From Candidatus Spongiisociaceae bacterium (GTDB taxonomy: Bacteria; Actinomycetota; Acidimicrobiia; Spongiisociales; Spongiisociaceae), in NCBI GenBank assembly GCA_965219685.1, contig CBDCOH010000002.1, forward strand, positions 2,976,001 to 3,040,000: a stretch of 64,000 bases of DNA, given 5' to 3'. Made by a program: the position numbers and the translations under genes. Position 1 is the first letter of the stretch; each line of letters starts with the position of its first letter. Shown piece by piece: positions 56,002-64,000 of this stretch. The notes under the pieces are model-generated. The model had not been told where the DNA came from, did no database searches, and was given only the letters and a program-made list of their open reading frames with translations.

Positions 56002-57372
56002 TTAGCGTAACGGTGCAGCCCGGTCCGCTGAGTCGGGACTCCCTGCCATTGAAGACTCTGACCGTGTTAGTAGATGATCTAACACTTGACCGTGAAGGGC
56101 TGTAAAGTAGGTTGGGAATGCCTCACCAATCAAGTTGCGAATCAGGTAAAAGGTACGGTTCGCTCGCGCGCGTCCCCAGTCGTAGAAGCGGGGAACCGTC
56201 TGTAGATCGGCACACTCCAGGATACTGAGCACTCTGTTTTCCCAAGGATGGATCTTGAAGTCGCTCCCTATATGGCTTGAGTTAGTAGTAACCGTGTAGG
56301 CGGGTCGCCCAGGGTGCATTCGTCGGTAACTTGATTCGAAGCCCTTTATAAGCGACGGTCTCCCACCTCTTTCCACGTAGGGGCGATTGCGCATCACACT
56401 GCCGCATTTTGGACATGCTATTAAGCCGATCTCGATCTTCTCCTGACCACAAGAGGGACACTTGTCGTTCTCGTAAGCGCTGCGACCCGAGTTAGCTGGT
56501 ATCTCGTTGATCTGTCGATACCGCTCGGGGCCATAGGCGGGAACGAAGTGCAGAGGGTGGGTACCGCGAGCATCATCCTTGGAGCGTGCGTCCAGAGCTT
56601 CATACTCCATACTCTTCAACCACTCCCCAATCGTGACCCACTGGTTGAGGCCATGCGCGGGCGATTCGGCATGCGTTGGAGCAGGCACGGGATACCGATC
56701 TGAAGTTATCATAGATTTCAAACATGGTTCTCGATTATGAATTCCCACTATAAGCGCGCGTCTCCGAATCTGTGGCACACCATAGTCAGCCATGTTCACG
56801 ATGCTTGAGAAGAACTTATACTCTGGCAGGCGGTTGCTAAGAAGTCGGACCGCTGTAGCCGAAGTACCCTCGCTATGGATTTCCAACGTCAGGACTTGCC
56901 GCACGTTTTCAATTACGATGATCCGCGGTTTTAGCAGAAGCGATATGGGGATCACCTCCAGCAGCAGTCCGTTCTTTTTATCAAGTGCTCTGGCCTTTGG
57001 AGTTCGCCTCTTACCCCTACTCGGATTTGAACTACTCATGCCCTGACACGGGGGTGTAGCCACTAACAAGTCCAGTTGTCTAGATGTGCGCTCGTGATAC
57101 GCACCTGTGATCTTCTTCACGTGATCACGGACATCGAAAGTGAGCCACCGAGAAGTAGGAAAATTATCACGCCCGATGGCTGCACGCCGCGGATCGATCT
57201 CTACTTGTACAACGAATCGAAAGCCCGCCATCTCGTAACCCAAGTCACTGAGCCCAGCTCCCGAAAAAAGGGAGACCGCAGTCCATCGTCTCCTGGTTGT
57301 TGACCCTTCTTGCAGTACAAAGTTCCGAAGCGACTCGTTAGGCATTCTCATGCCCGACTGTCCGGGGACCAC
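56002..57372 (-). CDS. DNA (cytosine-5) methyltransferase
   Basis: LFSGAG, PPCQGMS, ENV, QIRRR motifs; CPSC...CPKC in the variable region. Confidence 0.92.
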   Translation of the reverse strand: MVPGQSGMRMPNESLRNFVLQEGSTTRRRWTAVSLFSGAGLSDLGYEMAGFRFVVQVEIDPRRAAIGRDNFPTSRWLTFDVRDHVKKITGAYHERTSRQLDLLVATPPCQGMSSSNPSRGKRRTPKARALDKKNGLLLEVIPISLLLKPRIIVIENVRQVLTLEIHSEGTSATAVRLLSNRLPEYKFFSSIVNMADYGVPQIRRRALIVGIHNREPCLKSMITSDRYPVPAPTHAESPAHGLNQWVTIGEWLKSMEYEALDARSKDDARGTHPLHFVPAYGPERYRQINEIPANSGRSAYENDKCPSCGQEKIEIGLIACPKCGSVMRNRPYVERGGRPSLIKGFESSYRRMHPGRPAYTVTTNSSHIGSDFKIHPWENRVLSILECADLQTVPRFYDWGRARANRTFYLIRNLIGEAFPTYFTALHGQVLDHLLTRSESSMAGSPDSADRAAPLR

Positions 57373-57814
57373 TATTCGATGATGTCAGCCGTATTATCTC
57401 GACCAATCGCTCAACGGTGTCTACAAGTCCCGACTTCGTACGAATGTCGTGCTCAGGGACCCGAAGCACAGTCCAGCCTGACTGCTCCAATTCTCTGGTC
57501 ACACGGCCATCCCGTCTCCTATTGGTGGCTATCTTATCTATCCAAAAGTGGGAACTCAGCCCTGCATACTTCCTACATTTTCTACATCCATGCCAAAAGC
57601 AACCATCCATAAAGATGACGATCCGCTTACCAGGTAAGACGATATCCGGACGCCCAGGGAGTGTTTCGCCTTTAGTGGAGCGATATCCCTCGTAAGTGAA
57701 GTAGCGCACGCCTTGATGCCACAATCCCGAAGCTAATGCGCGCTCAGGGCCTGTTCGACCGTGATTATTTGCCATGGCACGGGAGCGCTGTGACGGAGTC
57801 ATGATATCGGACAA
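57338..57814 (-). CDS. vsr: Very short patch repair endonuclease
   Basis: MSDIMTPSQRSRAM, PGRPDIV, FMDGCFWHGC, FWIDKI..NRRRD. Confidence 0.92.
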   Translation of the reverse strand: MSDIMTPSQRSRAMANNHGRTGPERALASGLWHQGVRYFTYEGYRSTKGETLPGRPDIVLPGKRIVIFMDGCFWHGCRKCRKYAGLSSHFWIDKIATNRRRDGRVTRELEQSGWTVLRVPEHDIRTKSGLVDTVERLVEIIRLTSSNSGPRTVGHENA

Positions 57815-57821
57815 CTGTTCG

Positions 57822-59834
57822 TCACTTTCCTAGTGCGAGGTCAGGGAGGTCTCCCTGCATCTTGCCAACGATCTTGAGAAAGTCCTCGTGGCTTCGATGG
57901 GTGGACTGAAGCACATCATGCCATGTCTTCGTAAGGATCGTCTCGTCCTTGTCAATGTTGTTCCTGGCCATTGCCTCTAATCTCAGCGAATCGCAGATTA
58001 TTGTCAACTGAGCCTCTGCAAACGACTCACGTACTTCTTCCGTCTCTTCGATAAACCGTCGCATCGCCGTTAGGTAGCCAAATGCTCTCGCAAACTCCTT
58101 GTCAGTAAGGGCATGTTTAGGTCGTTTAATCTCAATAACTTCCAGCCGGCTTAAGTGGTTGAGCATCACAAAGTCTGGCTGCTTTGTCGGATTGTCAATT
58201 GCCGACGTGACGATCTCTTTATCGAAGTTCAGACGATACCAACTCTCAAAGTTTCTTCGGGTGGAGGCAAGGGTTTGGTTGAAACTGAGCGGTGTCCAGT
58301 CCGGATAAAGAATCCATGGAGCAGTCTCAATAAGTCGCTGTAACTCGCGCTCTACCGTTTCGTGGCTGGAAACTAGCCTCTTGAGTTGAGTGATAGCGTC
58401 GACCCTTTCTTGAGCCACCTGGCCTAGAGAATATGTCTCTACCAATCTCGCTTTCTCAAAGAGATCGAGAATCACATCAGTGGCGCGGTCGACCACAGTC
58501 GATACCTCACCTAGAGTCGTAAGCAGTGTGGAGTGTGGACCGACGGCATATGCTAGTCGTACTACACGGTCAATATGGTCGGGATCTCTTAGAGAATCTC
58601 GGTCGGTACCTGCCACAAGTGATCGCGCCGCTCTCTCAACCGACTGTCGTATAGTAGCGTCGTTTGTGTGTGCTACCCGCAGCCGATCCCGCAAGCGAGA
58701 CTTCTCAAGAAAGATTTCCCACGTACGCCTCCCCGTACTTACTTCTGCTTTAGCTGCGAGTTCCTTCAGAAGCTGGCGGCCCCACTCCTGTAACGGTGTT
58801 CCCAAGTCGGAGTTCCAGATTATATCCTGCCTGTCTGTACGGACATAGTCTTCTTCATCATCAAGCCACTCGGCATGGATGGCTCCGGTGAGATAGCTCC
58901 TCATCTTGAATTCACCAGTGAACCCGGTCTTGATATCGAAGTCTCTTGTTTGGGAGACAATTTTGCCTCTAGAATACAGACGAACGCCAGCCATCACTTC
59001 GTCCTTATACGGATCTTTTGCGTAAGCTACCCAACCAGATACGGGCAGGAACTCATTTTCCACCTTGACCGGGCGATTTCCTACATCTATACGGGTATTG
59101 GCCATGATATCGACGTTTAGCGTTCCGAGTTCGATTGGTTCCTCCGTCTTAGTACTATCCTCTAGGCGGACGCTCCAATTGCTTTGTGTTAACCCGAACC
59201 TAGCAGCTAGCTGGCGATCCAGTTCTTCCCTCGTAGGCACGCGGCGACGATCAAAGCATCGCAGAATCAGTTTTGTATAGCTAGATTCGCAATAGGTTCC
59301 ATCCCGTGGTCCGGGAACCGGGTGATACGGTAAGGTGTGACCAAGTTCATCAAACTTCTCATCCGTCATCTTGCTGAGTTCGAGAATCAAGTGACATACC
59401 TCATAACCGCGGTTGGTTGACGGACCGCCCGCTGTGATAACGTCCACTTGATGACAGATACCGAAAGGTGCTAGCTTACCGATACCCTTTCTACCCATGA
59501 CACGGCGGTTATACCTAGCAGTCCTATCGCCGCGCTTAGTCCGTCGGTTATACCCCACATTCAGGTAGTAGTCGTTCACTTCTTTTACGGTCATCCCAGA
59601 ACCATCGTCTTCGATAACGATCTTGAAGCCCTGATCTTCTATCGTCCCGCGGACCTTTCGGGCTAGGTACTGGCCGAAAGGCAGCGTGATTGTAACGTTC
59701 TCAGCGTCTGCGTCGTAGGAGTTGGCGATTAACTCAGCTAACACAGCCGATACTCTGTCGTACATCTTGATTCCCAACTTGTCAATAGTAAGATGGGAAA
59801 TCCGCATGGTGTACTTCTCGTAGGCTTGTGACAT
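57822..59834 (-). CDS. GHKL (MORC-like) ATPase with C-terminal restriction-endonuclease-like domain
   Basis: ELIANSYDADA, EDDGSGM, GRKGIGK; C-terminal PWI and QPDFV...VIEIKRP. Confidence 0.85.
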   Translation of the reverse strand: MSQAYEKYTMRISHLTIDKLGIKMYDRVSAVLAELIANSYDADAENVTITLPFGQYLARKVRGTIEDQGFKIVIEDDGSGMTVKEVNDYYLNVGYNRRTKRGDRTARYNRRVMGRKGIGKLAPFGICHQVDVITAGGPSTNRGYEVCHLILELSKMTDEKFDELGHTLPYHPVPGPRDGTYCESSYTKLILRCFDRRRVPTREELDRQLAARFGLTQSNWSVRLEDSTKTEEPIELGTLNVDIMANTRIDVGNRPVKVENEFLPVSGWVAYAKDPYKDEVMAGVRLYSRGKIVSQTRDFDIKTGFTGEFKMRSYLTGAIHAEWLDDEEDYVRTDRQDIIWNSDLGTPLQEWGRQLLKELAAKAEVSTGRRTWEIFLEKSRLRDRLRVAHTNDATIRQSVERAARSLVAGTDRDSLRDPDHIDRVVRLAYAVGPHSTLLTTLGEVSTVVDRATDVILDLFEKARLVETYSLGQVAQERVDAITQLKRLVSSHETVERELQRLIETAPWILYPDWTPLSFNQTLASTRRNFESWYRLNFDKEIVTSAIDNPTKQPDFVMLNHLSRLEVIEIKRPKHALTDKEFARAFGYLTAMRRFIEETEEVRESFAEAQLTIICDSLRLEAMARNNIDKDETILTKTWHDVLQSTHRSHEDFLKIVGKMQGDLPDLALGK

Positions 59835-61306
59835 TCTTACCTCAACTAATAGGGCAGGCTGAGTTCTGACTCGGTAATTTGTGCTGTTCCGCTGATCACC
59901 ATCAACTCCACTCGGATACTCTCCTCGTATTCGGTATAGTGTTACGGTGTAGCCATACGGCTTGGTGGGGACGAGTGGCAGCCGTGAGAGTGCCGCTCCG
60001 TCTTACTGTTTGGGTACGGGCGCTGAATAGTTTCTTGCCCTAGGTCCGCTACCCGTTTCTCGCGCAGACCCATAACCTCAGAGGTTAGTCGCCAGCAAGT
60101 GCAGGGAGTGCTGTGTCACTGGGGCGGCCTTCCCTTCGAGCGCCGGGAGAGTTTCACCCAGCGGTATCCGGTAACTGTGTGTGAGCACTGTGTAAAGGGT
60201 GCAGGATCGGGCAATCGGGGTATAGAGTGGATAGGGAGGAGTACGATATAAGAAAAGAACGTGTAAGTGGGTAACGACATACGATATATGTAAATCGTAC
60301 ATGGGGCGCCTGAGCGGAAGGTTGGATTGTGTGCAGGGGAAGGAACGACCAAAGGACAGTTCAACGTACCCCGCTGGCCAGTCTCTCTTCGGTCAGTTCC
60401 TCGTGTTGCCACGGCGGGCTGGCGCCGGAGGTGACTCATGTCTCGACTATGCGGCGGAGGGTGTCCAGCAGGTAATCGCCGCCCTGGCGGTCGATCCGTT
60501 CGTCGAGACCGATGTATCCGATGAGGCGTTGCTCAACCGCGCCGACGAGGGAGTATGCGGCCTGCTCCGTCTCCCGATGGTGGTAGTCGACGAAGAAAGT
60601 GCCAGGCTTCCTGCATGACCTCGACGCGTCCAGCAGACCACTTGATGGCCAGCCCCGGTGTGTCGGCAGGGCCGGTATCGCGGATGGTATCCGTGTCTGG
60701 CGGCTGGTTGTCACATACAATCTCTTGCAGTCCGTTCCTTGGCTGATTGCCGAAGCGCAGCGGCGGTCTTCTGACGGCGTTCATGTCACGGACGGGAGCC
60801 TCCGCTTGCTTTAGTTCCGGTCGCTTGCCCAATGAGGTGATGGTCGTCTGGGGTGGATCCGGGGTTGGGTGGCTTTGCCAGTTCGGTAGGAATCGGCACC
60901 CGGGTGCTGGTTTCTGCCGAATCCGCCAAGGCTTGGTCCTCCGGCCACTCGAAGGTTTGGCGGCGCGCAGATCGGGTTCCAGGCGCCTGTACCTCGGGCC
61001 GTGTTCCCCGGATTGGCCAAGCTTCGACGCGGACAGGGAACGGGGCCGTCTGCGGGATGGGGGAGGTGTCTCGGGTTGGCGGGGTCGACCTAGCCGGTCG
61101 TATCCGGCTGGCGCTTCCGTTGTGCTGACTCCCCGGTCGTGGGGTTCTTGTTCGCGTAGGGCTCGTTTCGGGGTTTAGGTGGGGTGGTGGCCCCAGCGTT
61201 GCGCGCCGAGGTATCGGCCGGTTGCTAGGTCGTGGTCCTCGAGGGTTTCGATGAGACGTTCTGCGGGGCTGTTGGACCAGCCGAGGCGGTTGGTGTCTTG
61301 TTGGTC

Positions 61307-62656
61307 GGCCCTGCGCGGAAATGTGGGATGGGTGGGTTGAAATCCTTGGATTGGGGGTGAGGCCCCGCTGGAATCGGTGAAGACCAAATCGCCGAATCCC
61401 AGGAGGGGCCTCGATGTCTGATGTTATGTCTGTTCGTCTGCACTTGTCGGGTGTTCGCGTTAAGGGGGTGCCGGTCGATTCCGTTGATCGCCTCGAGGTT
61501 GAGGTGGAATCGACCAGGGAGTGGTCCCGGTGTCCTCATTGTGGGTTCCGCTGCTCCAAGGTGTGGGACCGGCGAGCGAAGCGGGTTCGTGACTTGGAGG
61601 TGAGCGGCCGGCGCACGACTCTGGTGTGGCGTCGCCGCCGGTTCTGGTGTGGTAACTGTGAGGAGCGGCACCTGGAGGACCACGACCAGTTCCGGGCGGG
61701 GTTGACTCGCCGGTTCGCGCAGCGTCTTGTTCAGGACGCCAGGCGGATGTCGATTAGGGCGGCTTCCCGTCATCACGGGGTGGGTTGGCATCGGATCATG
61801 GGCCTGGTGAGAGCTGAGGCGGCTCGGGTAGCGAAGCGTCGCCGCTCCCGACCCTGTCGGGTGTTGTTGGTGGACGAAACGTCGATCCGGCGCCGGCATC
61901 GTTATGTGACCGTGGTTGCTTGTGGCGACACCGGCAAAGTGTTGGCGATGATCCCAGGCCGGACGAAAGCGTCTCTGACCAGGTTCTTCAGAGACCAGGG
62001 GGCATGGTGGTGTCGGCAGGTGGAGATCGTCGTCTCCGACGGATCACGCTCATACCAGGCAGCCATCGCCCAGTACCTGCCCGACGCCCGCCACGTCCTC
62101 GACCGGTTCCACGTCGCGCGGTGGTTTACCGAAGGCTTGACCCTGGTACGCCGTGAACTGCAACGCCGCCCCCCAGATCAGCGGCCCCCCACATACGAGC
62201 CGGACCTTTTCCGAGCCCGGTTCACCCTCCTACGGCGGGCGGATCATCTCACAGACGGGCACCACAAGCACCTCGACCGCCTATTCGACGCTCACCCCCG
62301 GCTCCGCACCGCCTGGGACGCTCTCCAAGAGCTCTACCAGCTGTACCAATCCGAAGACCTCGACGGCGCCAACCAGGCGCTGGGGCGGTTCGCCGACCTC
62401 TACGCCACCGGTCAGATCCCCGAATACCACGACATCGTGGACACCATCATCGCCTGGGGAGAAGAGATACTGGCCTACCACCGCAGCAGACGAGCAACCA
62501 ACGGACCCATCGAAGGAATCAACAACCTGCTCCAAGTCCTACGCCGCGTCGCTCACGGGTTCACCAACACCAACAACTTCGCAGCCCGAGGAATCCTCGT
62601 AACATGACCCACCACACCGACCACAGCGCCCAAAACCCACGAAATCGCGAAGCCTC
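61307..62656 (+). mobile_element. ISL3-family element with 8-bp target duplication
   Basis: tgttggtc at 61299-61306 and 62657-62664; imperfect IRs. Confidence 0.85.
61414..62607 (+). CDS. ISL3 transposase
   Basis: CPHCG Zn finger, VDETS, DRFHV, TNGPIEGINN...R.AHGF.N. Confidence 0.92.
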   Translation: MSDVMSVRLHLSGVRVKGVPVDSVDRLEVEVESTREWSRCPHCGFRCSKVWDRRAKRVRDLEVSGRRTTLVWRRRRFWCGNCEERHLEDHDQFRAGLTRRFAQRLVQDARRMSIRAASRHHGVGWHRIMGLVRAEAARVAKRRRSRPCRVLLVDETSIRRRHRYVTVVACGDTGKVLAMIPGRTKASLTRFFRDQGAWWCRQVEIVVSDGSRSYQAAIAQYLPDARHVLDRFHVARWFTEGLTLVRRELQRRPPDQRPPTYEPDLFRARFTLLRRADHLTDGHHKHLDRLFDAHPRLRTAWDALQELYQLYQSEDLDGANQALGRFADLYATGQIPEYHDIVDTIIAWGEEILAYHRSRRATNGPIEGINNLLQVLRRVAHGFTNTNNFAARGILVT

Positions 62657-63789
62657 TGTTGGTCGGGGATGTGTGCGTCGGCGTATAGGGCTGCTCGGCA
62701 GGCTGCCCATCCGAGGGTTTCTACGAGCCGGATGGACGGTTCGGAGCTGTGCCGTGTCGGTCGGGGCAAGGGGTGTTCGTACCAGGCGGGGATGGTCTTC
62801 TCGTGCCAGATGCTGATCCAGTAGGGAGTGGGCGGGGTGAGGAGGTGGTCGAAGTTGGTGCGGTGGGGCTCGACTAGGCGGTCGCACAGCCTGGAGATGT
62901 TGTGTCCCCAGGTTGTGGTACCCGGCACGGCTGCGAGGTGGATGAGCGCTCGGATCGAGTCGGCAACCACCGCATGCGCCGCCGCGCATGCCCACAGCAG
63001 GGCGGTCCGGTACCCGTCGGGGTCCTTGGCTTGTTCTCGGCGGTTCCGGACCGCGCCTTCTAGGTAGCTGCGCAGCTGTGCCACACCCATGTCTACCGAC
63101 CCGAGCATCGACCGGGCTTCTTCCAGCGCGTTGGTGGCCGACACCATCGGCTTGTCCCAGTTCACCACCACAGCGGGTGGGCGGTCTGCGAGGACCCGTC
63201 CGTAGGAGGCCACATGCCGTTCCATCGACGTTTCGATCCCTTCGGTGCGGGTTTTCCACTCGGGCCGGTCGGTGACCACCAACTGCACCGGATATCCTGA
63301 CGCTTCTTCGGCAGCGTCCCGCAGCGATTCGGTCAGATGGTCGCGCTGGTCGTAGTCCAGGTCGTCGTAGACAGCGACCAGGTCGATGTCGCTTCGGGCG
63401 GTTTGTTCACCACGGGCGACGGAGCCGAACAGCACCACCCCGCCAACACCAGCCGCTACCAGCACCTCCACGGCCCGTTCCGCGTCGCGCAGCGACGGCG
63501 GAACCCCCGAACCGGCCCCTACATGTTTGTTCACGCTCATCCCGACACTCCTCCCTTCCCCTATTCTGTCAGCAGACCAGCCGCTCCCCCGAAGCCCGGT
63601 GTCCGCATCCATCCCGTGGCTGCACCGGTCCGGCATCCCCGCTCTGCGGATCCGACGTTCGGACCAACTCCCGGAGTTGTCAGGATCGCCCTCGACCCCC
63701 GTCGCGCGAGATGGCACACTCCGGGAACGACTATCTCCATACATGATTCGGTCCGTGCCTTCGGTGTTCGCTGGTCCCGTAGCCGGGGT

Positions 63790-64000
63790 TTATGGTGCCC
63801 ACTGGACTCCTTCGGGGGGCGGCATGAGACCTCTCCGGCCCCAGCATGCGGCTAGGCCGTCTTTTCTTGTGCCGCAGGATGTGTCTCCGAACAGGTAGAG
63901 GGAGGCGAATTCGCCTTCGGGAGCGTCTGTTTGGCCGTGGTGGTTGGGTCCCCAGCAGGCGACGGTGGCGTCTGTTCGTATCCCACAGGAGTGGCTGCCG
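63790..64000 (-). CDS. RCC1-like repeat protein, C-terminal part (partial)
   Basis: GSHSCGIRTDATVACWG...PPPEGVQWAP*; tail parallels PPPDGVNWIT* of 42087-44390. Confidence 0.75.
   Translation of the reverse strand, partial: GSHSCGIRTDATVACWGPNHHGQTDAPEGEFASLYLFGDTSCGTRKDGLAACWGRRGLMPPPEGVQWAP

Larger units (their letters stand above)
61175..63540 (-). pseudogene. Nucleotidyltransferase (MNT)-HEPN-like fusion interrupted by ISL3
   Basis: ATG at 63540; LFGSVARG...SDIDL; WGHNISRL; frame continues ...HIPDQQ|DTNRLGW...HHPT* once 61307-62656 and one target copy are removed. Confidence 0.75.

Noticed and set aside
59840-61170. Short ORFs and an AT-rich patch near 60180-60300
   Set aside because: No recognisable motifs or convincing structure; probably decayed island DNA and promoter region.

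Overview
GC-rich actinobacterial-type DNA. The SLH-, RCC1-, Calx-beta- and FN3-rich surface proteins resemble those of host-associated Acidimicrobiia (inference). The window has two parts. (1) 1-41 kb is backbone-like. It carries a putative lipid/sterol-modification cluster: a GPP34/GOLPH3-cytochrome P450 fusion with a non-canonical I-helix, an MMPL/RND transporter, a KshA/Neverland-type Rieske oxygenase, a frameshifted COG2907-like flavoprotein and a secreted PPC-domain protein. It also has divergent tcuA/tcuB, an NCS2 permease fused to an anti-sigma/HATPase-like domain, and a 7552-aa SLH-containing repeat adhesin. (2) From about 41.08 kb to the end is a genomic island bounded by a displaced 3' half of tRNA-Lys(UUU). 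It contains SLH-RCC1 proteins, a stack of IS elements (IS110 inside an IS3 inverted repeat, IS1380, ISL3, several remnants), a Zn-ribbon/PD-(D/E)xK protein, RusA, DUF3024, a GHKL-ATPase/Vsr/C5-methyltransferase operon and an ISL3-interrupted MNT-HEPN gene. The four guide segments of the IS110 bridge RNA can be read from the sequence and match the element's own ends and the IS3 terminal repeat it disrupted. All family calls come from motif recognition by eye; no searches were run.
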